A stretch of DNA of 64,000 bases, taken from positions 83,886,001-83,950,000 of the forward strand of contig NW_025963779.1 in the NCBI RefSeq assembly GCF_023055435.1. Reading direction: 5' to 3'. Both the position numbers and the translations under genes were made by a program. Shown here one piece after another: positions 12,648 to 25,197 of the stretch. Origin of the DNA: Haliotis rufescens (lineage: Eukaryota). A model generated the notes under the pieces. That model worked only from the letters and a program-made list of their open reading frames with translations, had not been told where the DNA came from and ran no database searches. The first letter of the stretch is position 1, and each line of letters opens with the position of its first letter.

Positions 12648-12766
12648 TACCTGGAGTGCCTACAGGTTGAATAAATGGCAGTTTTGTGTGCCACAGGTGA
12701 GAAACTCGAGATTACCTGGGCCCAGGTGTATCACCTGGATTTGCACCTGTGATCAATGCTTACCTG
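12648..12766. promoter_or_regulatory. CAGGT(G/A) cluster 3 (7 sites)
   Basis: TACCTG 12648, 12713, 12761; CAGGTG 12694, 12723; CACCTG 12732, 12744. Function is inferred. Confidence 0.55.
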
Positions 12767-13050
12767 ACGATTATTAATTGCAAATACAGGGTAAACTCGG
12801 GTTGTGTAGATCGAGTGATAAGAGACCAGCAAACAAACCCTTCCGCGAAAGCCCCCAGCTTGTACTGTATGATGACCAAGTTTAAACTGTATGACATGAA
12901 GGTAAAAAAATGTTGAATAAATTTGTAACTTTTTTTAATTCAAGTATGCTGGTGTACAATAGTGGAGAAGATCATGCTATTGGAATATGCGGTTATGCTG
13001 AATACATGTTAGTGTAAAGGAAGACTGTAATACAATAGTAAAATCAGCCA

Positions 13051-13400
13051 GAGAGAGAGCGAGAGAGAGAGAGAGAGAGAGAGAGACTCACACACGCACA
13101 CAAGCCCAGACACACACCCACACACTCACACCCTTACAGACTTACACACACACAGATATTTACTCACACACCCACACAAGCACACACCCACACACACACA
13201 CACACTCACATACAGACTCACCCACTGACTGATATACACACTGAAACACGCACACATAGTCACACACACGCACACAAAGTCACACGCACGCACATGCACA
13301 TGAGCACAGTCGCACGCACACGCACGCGCACAGACACACGCACGCATACGCACACACACTGAAACGCGCACACACAGTCATGCGCACGCACGTGTGTGTG
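13051..13400. repeat. (GA)n followed by degenerate (CA)n microsatellite
   Basis: Direct reading. Confidence 0.95.
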
Positions 13401-13482
13401 TAAGGAAAGGGGGGTCAATAAAAGCTATTTTAGAAGTAAAAATGGCTTACTTTGGGGTTGGGTGGGTGGTGTTAACAAAATA

Positions 13483-13762
13483 GTGAGTGAGTGAGTTGGG
13501 TTTAACGCCGCTTTTAACAATATTCCAGTTACATCGCGGCGTGTCAGCTTAATGTGGGAGGAAAGCCCGAAGTGATGCAGGTCTCAGACGTTTACCACTT
13601 CGGTGAAACCCACGAGCACGGGTATGGTGCTGACAAACCTAGAAACATAATCGGGGCGAACCGGGATTCGAACCCACAATCATAGGTTTCTAGCGTGCCC
13701 ACGGGACGCAATTCTGCACAGCGAATCGCGGCGCCTTAGACGACTGGGCCACCCGTGCCCCC
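13483..13762 (-). mobile_element. SINE family A, full length
   Basis: 12-bp TSD gttaacaaaata at 13471-13482 and 13763-13774. Confidence 0.93.
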
Positions 13763-13790
13763 GTTAACAAAATAAGCTAAGGGTCTACTT

Positions 13791-14113
13791 TGTAGTAATC
13801 AGACACACTTTCGTTGTCAGCTTCCTGTATGAGAGAGTACTAGTTGTCTTACAGCGACATCATATTCGTGAACACATAGATGTTTTAACCTCGGTGGGAT
13901 AGGACTCTGCAACCTCTTGGTCTGTGGTCCTTCACGCTACCACCTGTGCTACGGAAACTGTTGTCGTCACGAGTGTCAGTTTTCTTGTCACCATTAACCG
14001 ACTTTGGTTAAGTTGTATATTTTTCAGTAAATATTGTACAAGTTCCCTGTCGTTCCTGGTGGCATAAGTGTTGTGCAAGTGCCTGTGAATCTGATTTGCA
14101 CATCTAATTTCAA
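13791..14113. repeat. Diverged direct duplicate of 11511-11820
   Basis: Same ordered blocks as its partner. Confidence 0.85.
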
Positions 14114-14203
14114 TATATATTACACATATTATCCATATTTGACTTATTATTAATGATATGCACTTTATTTTAATTCGAAACATTATAAAACGTGTTTAAA
14201 TTG

Positions 14204-14350
14204 TGGGGTTAAACGTCGCGTTTAGCAATATTCTGTAAATATCACGGCGGGGACACACAGAATGGGTTTCACACATTACCCAAAGAAGGAATCGAACCCG
14301 AATCATTGACGCGAAGAGTGAACGCCTTGAGCGCTTGGCCGACCCAGCGC
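14204..14350 (-). mobile_element. SINE family B, degraded
   Basis: Similar to the reverse complement of 48025-48189 (tail, ggaatcgaaccc B box). Confidence 0.75.
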
Positions 14351-15432
14351 GCGTTCATATCTATGTCTAGGATAAACACTATACACTTATATTTCCATAT
14401 CTCCAAGGAAACACATTTACACATTAATATCAATATTGATACAATCATACGGAAAAGGTGATTTTAAGTCGGTTATATTTCCATAAACACAAGTTCATGT
14501 TTTATCCTTCAAAATATCGAAACTAAAAGTCTGTGATTGTAATTCCCGTTTGCGCTATCTGATGTACAAGGCTTCACAATTGTAAATAACTCATCCGTAT
14601 TCAGTGAATACACAACATCAAATGGCCATGCTACGTTTGGCGTACATAATGCATCAATATTTCACCCAAATGGCCCGTCAACACACACAACACAGGGACT
14701 CAACAACAAGAGTTCCATCAATCAAGATAAAACTCCACACTTCTCTTCAGATATTCAACATTACTTTCCTTGTTATCTTCGCATTGGCCTCTGTAAAATA
14801 TTTTGACAAATTATTCCTGCGATATGAATACCCTATCAGGAGTCTATCACAACACTGCGGGGAGAACATCAGATCGCTGTATGGAGCTCGCATCACCGCT
14901 AACATGGCGACCAAGACGAGGGAGAAGTCATTTTTCTTGTAACGGTTATCTTGTTGACAGACGTTACACATTAGACGCGATATATGTGAGCTGTATGCCA
15001 TGTAAATAGCCGTAAAGCCGATCTTTGTCCGTGAATAATCAACGCTCCCTAGAGACTGTGTTTATTCTCCTGTATGTCGCTGTGGCATTTTGAAGAAGGT
15101 AATATTTTATCAAAACGAGAGTGCTGAGCGTGATTCTTTGAAAATGAGATAATGAAAAACAACTTGTAAAAGCCAAATTTATGAACTTGTCTTTCAACGT
15201 TTGAAATTACGATGTGATTAGTGGAAGTGTGAAGTACATCCTGCGCTTTCAAATGCATTTAGAAATTCAGTATCACTCAATATGTGAATACAATGCTGGG
15301 CGTAAGCCAACGATATATGCCTTGCTTGGCCCCATTATACAAAGTAGTCGTACAGACCCAAGGCTGTCATAACTCTTGGACTTAGCTTGTCCTTAAAACC
15401 GGACTATGGTCACTCTTACCATGCAAGGAAAA

Positions 15433-15488
15433 GAGGTGAGGTGAAATTAGGTTTAACGTCGTGTGCAAGATTATTGCACTTATATAGC

Positions 15489-15529
<41 letters not shown>

Positions 15530-15757
15530 CTGCTTGTACTAGTCCGGACTGATGCCGATTTATAGTGCTAGCCCACTGAGATACCATGCCGCAGTTTAAC
15601 ATGAATACCCACTCAGAAACAGTATACTGACTCCGAGCCGACCAGTCCTTGTTTTAGCCCCTTAATGCCGAGCGCCAGACAGGGTAACAACAAGTACCAT
15701 CTTTTAACGTCTTTTGGTATGACGCGGCCAGGGATCGAACCCCGGACCTTCCACTGT
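15433..15757 (-). mobile_element. SINE family D (Meta-domain-like), 5'-truncated, with expanded internal (CA)n
   Basis: Matches 53329-53681; ends just beyond the B box. Confidence 0.9.
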
Positions 15758-16226
15758 CCTATTTACTTGAAAGCTCAGATATTTAATATATTTTAGATGA
15801 GAGCTACCGAATATACACAAAACTAAAGTCGTATAATGTGTATTATATGGATGTTTCCAACGCTGACAACAGCCTACGTCATTTCGCCTGTTTGTGACGT
15901 TGACCTTGACACGTTTCCGCGTGCAGTTATCGCTCCTGTCAAAATCAACACTGCGCGTGTATTTCTTATTACTCGGATATCATCTAGTGAGCAGAGTGGT
16001 ATTTGTAATTACTGGTGTGATACGGCGTGTTACTGCATCTCCTGGCGTATATATCACATACCGTATCGACACATGAGCGAGCGCCTCAGTCAGGAATGCT
16101 TATACAGCGCGTGCTTACTCCCGCCAATCTGCAGGTGCGAGGCGGGCATGTTTGTTTCGTGTTTCACGAATCACGCGTAGGTATGCCGACGGAAGACTCC
16201 TTATGACATTATACAACTCTCTATTA

Positions 16227-16396
16227 TTGTTTGTTGTTCCCTGTTTAACGTGCAACTCATCAATATTCCAGTTATATGACGGCGGTATACGATAATGGGA
16301 TACGATTGACATGCATCACCCACGTCAGCGAGTCTGACCACAGGATCCCGTAAGTCGTCTCTTACGACGAAAATGGGTTGCTGAAGACCTTTTCTA
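16227..16396 (-). mobile_element. Retroposon family C, internally deleted
   Basis: Reverse complement reads GGTCTTCAGCAACCCATTTTCGTCGTAAGAGACGACTTACGGGATC, followed by the tail. Confidence 0.8.
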
Positions 16397-16524
16397 TTAA
16401 TGCACTATTCATTCTCACGCTACCTCATCGCATTCACGATCTGGGTTCGATTCCATTCATTAAAAACCCATTTTTGCTGTCCCCTGCCGTGAGGAACATT
16501 TCGAAAGTCACCGCAACGGATTAA

Positions 16525-16762
16525 GTCAGATGGGTTTAACGGCAAATTGAACATTATTTAATTAACAAGGTTATGCAAGCTTACTGTGGAGGTAAAACCG
16601 AAGACGGTAACCACTGTGTCAAAAGATGGTAGCACGGATATGGTTCTTGCAAACCAACGATTTTAAAATATTAGTTTAACCCTTGACCAGCGGCTCATAA
16701 TACGCCGAGATAGTTCTGCACAACGAATCGCGGTTCCTCAGATCTCTTGACCACCCGTGCCC
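16525..16762 (-). mobile_element. SINE family A, old degraded copy
   Basis: gggtttaacg at the tail end; tctgcacaacgaatcgcgg..ccacccgtgccc at the head end. Confidence 0.7.
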
Positions 16763-17416
16763 GTCACGAAACCGGAAGTGCCTTGTACAAGCCATGTTTA
16801 ATGTATCCGTTCTCATTTTAAACCCACTCAACCAGTCAACAAATTAACATCGGTATCAATTTCGTGAAGGAGACTAGTACAAGATTATAGCGCACGCCTG
16901 AATAATATAACCATCCTCAGATTTAACCAACAGACAAAACTGCCGTTTAAATGGTAGTCTTTAATAAAGACGATTATTTCAGCCTTAAACAACACGCTAT
17001 GGCGCTATAACAATTCAAATTGTGACATCAAAGATGGCTAGATAGGGTGTAATTCATACGGATCAAATTAACCAGTGATATCATTTCCTCGTCTAAGTAG
17101 GCGAGTGTCGTGACAACGATGCATTCGGTTACCACCAGAACATTTAAGCCAAATAGACCTGAAACAATCTCAACATTAACTGACCAAGAGTAACACGAAG
17201 TCAATATGGTTTCCTTACGGCCGAATTGCTGGTGTCTTTTGGGGTTATTGGGATTGTATATTATGAAAAAAATCACAAGAATTATGTTACAACATGTGTC
17301 CCGTAGTGTGTTCATAATAACAATGTATTTGTCTGTGGGTATGAAAACGACGCTTGGTGGTTCTCCTGAACAGAATGCTTTTTCAATCAAATACTGACCA
17401 GGGTAAATATTAGCCC

Positions 17417-17582
17417 CTGGTCATGAATATAGTTTTTGCTAATCCCAGACTATGGTCTTTGGTCTGTTAGCACCAACCCAGACCAAAGACCATAGTCTGG
17501 GATTAGCAAAAACTATACCTCTGGTCATGAATATAGTTGAGCTAATCCCAGACTATGGTCTTTGGTCTGTTAGCACCAACCC
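17417..17582. repeat. Direct-inverted-direct triplication with a perfect 39-bp hairpin
   Basis: Arms 17428-17466 and 17479-17517 are exact reverse complements; 17417-17479 is repeated at 17521-17582. Confidence 0.95.
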
Positions 17583-17895
17583 CGTGCTCGAGGGCAAATG
17601 AAAATGGTAAACGTCGTAGATCTGTGCCACTTGAGGCTTTCTTTCTACATTAAACTGATGGATGATCCAAAGAAACATCGTTGTCTCTTCTCAAAGAGCC
17701 GCAGTAAACGTCATTTCTCTTCTCGAAGAACAACAGTAGACGTCATTGTCTCGCCTCGTAGACCTACAGTAGACGGTATAGTCTCTTCTCGTAGAGCCAC
17801 AGTAGGGCTTATAGGGCTTCAATTAACATCAGGTGACATCTACGAGAGCTTAAGCTTTCGTTATAGTCGTATCTACTACAGTACTTAAGGTCATA

Positions 17896-18244
17896 GACCG
17901 CCTCCGTGGTCTAGTGGTAGAGTGTCCGTTCTGTGAGCGAAACGTTCAATCCCCGGCCGCGTCATACCAAAAGACGCTTAAAGATGGTACTTGTTATCCT
18001 GCTTGGCGCTCGGCATTAAGAGGCTAAAACAAGGACTGATCGGCTCGGAGTCAGTATACTGTGTCTGAGTGAAGTATTCATGTTAAACTGCGGGGTGGTA
18101 TCTCCGTGGGCTTGCACTATAAAATCGGCTTTAGTCCGGACTAGTAAAAGCAGCCACACACACATACACACTCACGTGCATGCACGTCGCTATAAAAGTG
18201 CAATAATCTTGCACGCGACGTTAAACGCCATTTCATCTCACCTC
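17896..18244 (+). mobile_element. SINE family D (Meta-domain-like), full length
   Basis: A box TGGTCTAGTGG, degenerate B box, ataccaaaagacg..gatggtacttg..ggcattaagagg..ggctcggagtcagtata body. 13-bp TSD acttaaggtcata at 17883-17895 and 18245-18257. Confidence 0.92.
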
Positions 18245-21200
18245 ACTTAAGGTCATAACACATGTAAAATAAAAAAACGAAAAAAAAACACTTTCAAACC
18301 AACATTTCCCGATATGTTCCACAGCCCAACGACGATGACATTCAAACAGAGAGAAACGAAAGTGCAGTGAAAAAACTAGTCCTGCACCATGACTGTGGAA
18401 TTTATATTTTTTAGGTATTTTATTAGGCAAGTCTAGATCAAACTAAACAAGTCTAGTTTGCTTGATTCCAACAGCAGAAGAGGAAAGATTCTTTCGAAAA
18501 ATGTTTTATCATTTTAAAGACATGTTTTAATTGACGAAGTGTTAGTCTATGAAAAAACAACGTCAAAGCTATTGTTCTCACTCCACGATGTGTTGCAGGA
18601 AAGGAGTTGGGCAGATTAAGGTTGTGACAGATTGAACACCACCATAGGTCCCGGAGGCTTCCAACGGCGGCAGGAGCGACACGGGGCTGGAGTTGTGTGT
18701 CAGTCTATGGCGAACAGCCGGGTGTGGGGAAAGGTCAGTGTTAGACAATCACTTTGTAATCTACGGCAATCACACTGACACTGCTCCCTCTCATCTAAAC
18801 CTTTGAACTTCTAACACTTGACTGACTGTCTCTCACAGGCCCAACTACCGTCTGGTGACATCACATTACATTATGGAGCAAGTGTTACGGGGGAGAGGGG
18901 ATGGGGAAGACGACGGGGAGAGTTAATAGTCGTATGGGAGCGTAATAATCACATATACATCATTTGAAACAGTGTAAAAAAAAGTTCACTTCGGTGCAGT
19001 CATTATAAGGTGGGTTATGTCCCTTTAATTCACATCGGATGCTCTGGTTTTCAACTAAGTTAAATCGCCTGTGTATTCCGTGTTTGTCAATAGCGTTTCC
19101 ATGTAATACCTGATGTCGGTAAACGTGACAAGGCTGATCTCTCGGTAATAACAAGGAACGTAAACTACAGGAGAACCATTAGCTGGAACTGGACAACTGG
19201 ACTGACGCTTAGAAGAAGAAATGAAACAGGAAATATTTATTGGCAACTCTAGAGCAACAGACTCATAGTTGCATGGACAAGTCTTCCAGATTACTTTGCC
19301 GCCGCAATGTAATCAAACGGTTTTTAAATGGAAATTTATTCATTTAAAGACAAATTGTAATACATATTTGCGGAATCTACCCCAAGCAGATGGCAGAACG
19401 CAGATGTGAGCGTGAATGTAGGGAACACACAGCAACAACCTCAGAATTAACATACAAAAAAGCCATGGCGTCTCTAACATCTCGTGTATGCCAATTCAAC
19501 GCGCGCCGTTAAAAATAAGATATACATCTATTTGAAATATTTTACCGCTGAGGCTAAATCGAACACGTGCAGGGTAAAAGAACATAGAACCGCTGTAAAG
19601 CTCCGAGTTTGTCTGAAAACTTCACAATATCAACTCGCCAATCACCACACATGCTGATCAGAAATTCAATCCTGTTATAATTGCATTCGCTCGTTCTTGC
19701 GAAGGGAGATAATAAATTAAGATGTTTTTTGTGGGTATATCAAAATTGCGATTAGGAAAATATAACGGAACGAAGCTTTTGAGTAGCTTGTATCAAGAGG
19801 GGGAGAAACAGAAGCGGAAATGGAGGACGGTGGGGGTAGGGGGCATGAGTGGATATAAAACTGTACGCTGATGTATTGCACAAGCTGGAGCTTTCCTACT
19901 TCCCCTCTGGGTTTTTTCTGCGCAGACGCGAAACGATAAGGCCGCGAGAGTATCGAATCGGCTGGCAGATTACAAGATTTGATAGAAAGTCCGCCCTCAG
20001 ATATACGATAGGGCATGCTGAATGAACAATCCCTACTGATAGATTTGTTATATTTGGATATTTTTTCAGCCTCGTTCTGGTACCGCGAGATTTATGACGT
20101 ATGACAATGGATCGTAATTCCGTCGGCGTAGCATTGTTTTACACACGAAACATCTAGATAATTGCGCGATATATTCTTTTCGGAGATGAAAGACACTGAA
20201 AGGAAGAGATAAGCTTCACATAAGGCAAAGTAGACCTGAACTCTGGTTAACGATGTAGTTGGCTTTTTACAAGCAATGAAAACTGACACCGCTTATGTTA
20301 TCGTCGTTAATATGACGTCTTTATTTGCTTTTGGGATTGGCTGTTTGTAAACCTAGAAATGTCGAAAGTGACGAAAGAAGGAATACTGCGTTCGGATCCT
20401 TCTCTTTTTTGTAAATTAAAAAAAATATCTTACAAATCGTCCATTATCTTCAGTAATGTCTGAGTAGGGGGGAAAGCGGCAAGGGGGTGGATCTCACATT
20501 TAAATGTAAATGATAAAACATATGTAAAAGGTGTCTTGTACACAATACCATGTGTTTAAGCTCTGCACTAACCATTAACAACCAAAAAAGTATAACTGAT
20601 TTGTTTCCGTGAATTATAAGCGACAAGTCCTGTCACTGTCACTGAATGCCATGTATTTTTAAGACAACCTATTATTTCCCACATTTTTTCATACCAGAAC
20701 TCAAAACAACCAATTTACCGGGTTATCTCTGTTGTAGGAACACTTAAATTTCCAATCACTTTTACCGATATATCGACTCGACATGATCGATTTCTAAGCA
20801 CAATGCACGATTAGATTTTTTTTTAGAAAATCTGCCATGCAATACTCTATTATATCAGATTACATCAAGATATTTAAAAACAACAATTGCATTAAACACA
20901 TTAAACATCTTTCTATTTGGACAGATCCCCCCAGCATGGTGTACATCAGACGAATATCCAGGACATGTTTTAAGCGTGTGAAACTGTTTTGGAAAACCTA
21001 ATGCATATTAATGTTTCGCCCGCTGTGGTAGTGATTCTACCTTGAGAAATGCGCACCTCTTTGTCTAGAAAGCCCATAACGTAAGTAATCCACGGACATT
21101 TTTAACAACGTAATGAAACAAAGCAGCTTGCCGTTGTGCGGGCTCATTCTTCAAAGTGCTAGAAACAGGTTTCCAGCAAAAATGTGGAAAAACAGATTGA

Positions 21201-22779
21201 ATAATTCAGAGAAATATCACTGTGTTGTATTAGAAGGCATCGTCTGGCGTCAGCGAGGTGTAGTCGCAGTCGGAGACGGGCACGCTGACAACCGCAACGG
21301 CAGAAAACATTTAAAATTTGAATGATTTTCACAAATTACACGAAATGTCACCATTAAATAATTTATCTTCCATGTCGTAGATTTCGGTCACTCGTGAAGG
21401 CTATGTCGCGTACGGAAAGTCTTTTTTTTTCTTATAAATATTAATAATTACTTATTTCAATTATCAATTTTTATAATTCAAAATTAGTATATTCATGTTA
21501 TAATTTTCTCGATCTCCAATAGTACAAATTCTTAAATAATCATAAAAAAACATCATTGGATTAAACATTAACATGAAAATAATAAAAGTACAAATTGATC
21601 TCAAAAGAGAAATAAGTCACAAGTTCATTAACGCGGACAGTAAAAAATAAGTTACCGGCTAATTCTACATCCTGTCCACACCGGAAGGGCAGATACCATA
21701 ACCTAGGCCAGAAGCTTCTCGGAGCCGAATTCGCCGAGACTTGGGCGTTATTTCAGATGAATGTATCTCACTCGTCAGAAGCGTCGTTATGAGTAGTTGA
21801 GAGTGTATCTTAACCCGAAGTGTGAAGTTTACGACACAAGCCTTCTTTTATCATACGCTGCAACGACCTTAGCAACGCGCGGTTAATACTACCGAGATAA
21901 ACACTACGAGGTGTTTACCAGTGACGTTATCAAGATGGGAGAGTGATACATTTTATTAAAATATATATGCTCGAAAATACGATGACTTCTGATAAACTGT
22001 ACAAGTCTCCCTGCTTATCTTGTTCCAGACTGACGAAATTGAATTAACAAATGTTTTGGCTTTCATCCTTCATGTCATTGCAAAGAAATATGCGTTTGAT
22101 TTATCACCATTTCAACACCCGGTAATCTTTGCATTAGTAACTATTTAAAAACGATTGACGGTATAAATGGTATACCATTATATGAAATAACGTTTTTTTC
22201 GTCCTATTTACATGTATTTTATAACAGTAATTTATTCATATTTGAAAAGTTTGCGTTTTTCATTTCAGTTCTTAAAAAATGAACACACAAATGGCATATT
22301 TACCTTTTGTTGGTGAGTCTAGGATTCATGTTTTCTCTATTTTCTCTTTATTCCTGGAATTGCTCATGTTGTGGAATATTCCTTCAATATTGGCGCTAGA
22401 GGCAACCGCGTAACTGTCGGAATAAATCCTTAGCACGATGTGAATTACTCTAACGTGGGGATCGTTAGGCCCTCACATATATATACATTAACAGATGGGT
22501 AAATAAGCCCCTACCAAAATTACTCTCCAAACGACGAGACCAAAGCTTCGCGCCAAGCGAGCGATATCGTCTGCTTGTCGAAAATCTCATCTGCTGTGCA
22601 GTATTGGAAGAGAAGCAGACGAGATGTGATGGGTGTTTGACAGATTCAGATCGAGATTGGAGAAATAATGACAACGGGATTGCATAATTACTACTATTTA
22701 TCGCCGACTTTGGGGAAGATTATTACTGCGCTGAGCCGGAGTGAGTTATAATAGCTAACGAGCGAGATGAAGATATCTC

Positions 22780-22802
22780 GGGGGGGGGGGGGGGGGGGGG
22801 GG
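22780..22802. repeat. Poly-G tract (23 G)
   Basis: Direct reading. Confidence 0.95.
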
Positions 22803-22939
22803 AGGAGATGGGTGACGGTGAGGGTGGAAGGAGGGGTGGGGTGAAGTGTGGGAGGAGAGAGGAGAGCAGGGCTATGGAGATGGGGCGCGGGTGGGGGTGG
22901 GGGGGATAAATTTGTTTGGGTTTGAGGTTGGGGCTTCAT

Positions 22940-25090
22940 GTGTAGGTTGCGAGGAGGAGGTTTGTCCGGGGTGCAGCAGGTGTTTGTGTTGTGTAGGGTG
23001 CGAGGAGGAGATTTGTCCGAGGTGCAGCAGGGGTTTGTGTTGTTTAGGGTTGTCCGAGGTGAAGCAGGGGTTTGTGTTGTGTAGGGTTGTCCGAGGTGAA
23101 GCAGGGGTTTGTGTTGTGTAGGGTGCCAAGAGAGGATTGTCCGGGGTGCACCAGGGGTTTGTGTTGTGTAGGGTTGTCCGAGGTGAAGCAGGGCTTTGTG
23201 TTGTGTAGGGTTGTCCGAAGTGAAGCAGGGGTTTGTGTTGTTTAGGGTTGTCCGAGGTGAAACAGGGGTTTGTGTTGTGTAGGGTTGTCCGAGGTGAAGC
23301 AGGGGTTTGTGTTGTGTAGGGTGCGAAGAGAGGATTGTCCGGGGTGCACCAGGGGTTTGTGTTGTGTAGGGTTGTCCGAGGTGAAGCAGGGCTTTGTGTT
23401 GTGTAGGGTTGTCCGAAGTGAAGCAGGGGTTTGTGTTGTGTAGGGTTGTCCGAGGTGCAGCAGGGCTTTGTGTTGTTTAGGGTTGTCCGGGGTGCAGCAG
23501 GGGTTTGTGGTGTGTAGGGTTGTCCGAGGTGCGGCAGGGGTTTGTGTTTTTTACGGTTGTCCGGGGTGCAGCAGGGCTTTGTGTTGTTTAGGGTTGTCCG
23601 GGGTGCACCAGGGCTTTGTGTTGTGTAGGGTTCTCCGAGGTGCAGCAGGGGTTTGTGTTGTGTAGGGTGCCAGGAGAGGGTTGTCCGGGGTGCAGCAGGG
23701 GTTTGTGTTGTGTAGGGTTGTCCGAGGTGAAGCAGGGGTTTGTTTTGTGTAGGGTTGTCCGAGGTGCAGCAGGGGTTTGTGTTGTGTAGGGTTGTCCGAA
23801 GTGAAGCAGGGGTTTGTGTTATGTAGGGTTGTCCGAGGTGCAGCAGGGGTTTGTGTTGTTTAGGGTTGTCCGAGGTGCAGCAGGGGTTTGTGTTGTTTAG
23901 GGTTGTCCGAGGTGAAGCAGGGGTTTGTGTTGTGTAGGGTTGTCCGAAGTGAAGCAGGGGTTTGTGTTGTGTAGGGTTGTCCGAGGTGCAGCAGGGGTTT
24001 GTGTTGTGTAGGGTTGTCCGAGGTGCAGCAGGGGTTTGTGTTGTTTAGGGTTGTCCGAGGTGCAGCAGGGGTTTGTGTTGTTTAGGGTTGTCCGAGGTGA
24101 AGCAGGGGTTTGTTTTGTGTAGGGTTGTCCGAGGTGCAGCAGGGGTTTGTGTTGTGTAGGGTTGTCCGAAGTGAAGCAGGGGTTTGTGTTGTGTAGGGTT
24201 GTCCGAGGTGCAGCAGGGGTTTGTGTTGTGTAGGGTTGTCCGAGGTGCAGCAGGGGTTTGTGTTGTTTAGGGTTGTCCGAGGTGCAGCAGGGGTTTGTGT
24301 TGTGTAGGGTTGTCCGGGGTGCAGCAGGGCTTTGTGTTGTTTAGGGTTGTCCGAGGTGCAGCAGAGGTTTGTGTTGTGTAGGGTTGTCCGAGGTGCGGCA
24401 GGGGTTTGTGTTTTTTAGGGTTGTCCGGGGTGCAGCAGGGCTTTGTGTTGTTTAGGGTGCGAGGAGAGGGTTGTCCGAGGTGCAGCAGGGGTTTGTGTTG
24501 TGTAGGGTTGTCCGAGGTGAAGCAGGGGTTTGTTTTGTGTAGGGTTGTCCGAGGTGCAGCAGGGGTTTGTGTTGTGTAGGGTTGTCCGGGGTGCAGCAGG
24601 GCTTTGTGTTGTTTAGGGTTGTCCGAGGTGCAGCAGGGGTTTGTGTTGTGTAGGGTGCGAGGAGAGGATTGTCCGGGGTGCAGCAAGGGTTTGTGTTGTG
24701 TAGGGTTGTCCGAGGTGAAGCAGGGGTTTGTTTTGTGTAGGGTTGTCCGAGGTGCAGCAGGGGTTTGTGTTGTGTAGGGTTGTCCGAAGTGAAGCAGGGC
24801 TTTGTGTTGTGTAGGGTTGTCCGAGGAGCAGCAGGGCTTTGTGTTGTTTAGGGTTGTCCGGGGTGCAGCAGGGCTTTGTGTTGTTGAGGGTTGTCCGGGG
24901 TGCAGCAGGGGTTTGTGTTGTGTAGGGTTGTCCGAGTTGCACCAGGGGTTTGTGTTGTGTAGGGTGCGAGGAGAGGGTGTTCCGGGTTGCAGCAGGGGTT
25001 TGTTGTGTAGGGTGCGAGGAGGAGGGTTGTCCGAGGTGCAGCAGGGCTTTGTGTTGTGAAGGGTTGTCCGGGGTGCAGCAGGGGTTTGTA
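22940..25090. repeat. 37-bp G/T-rich minisatellite (tttgtgttgtgtagggttgtccgaggtgcagcagggg)
   Basis: Period 37, with occasional ~50-bp variants. Confidence 0.97.
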
Positions 25091-25197
25091 CTGAGGGGAG
25101 GGGTGTCGGCAGTACGTTTTATGGTGTACGAGTAACAAGGGAGACGAGGTGTTTTTGATGAGAGGGGAACGGGAGCCTGGGGAAGGTGTTTGTTATG

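Noticed and set aside
22940-25090. Telomeric or interstitial telomere array
   Set aside because: TTAGGG occurs only singly in some 37-bp units and never in tandem.
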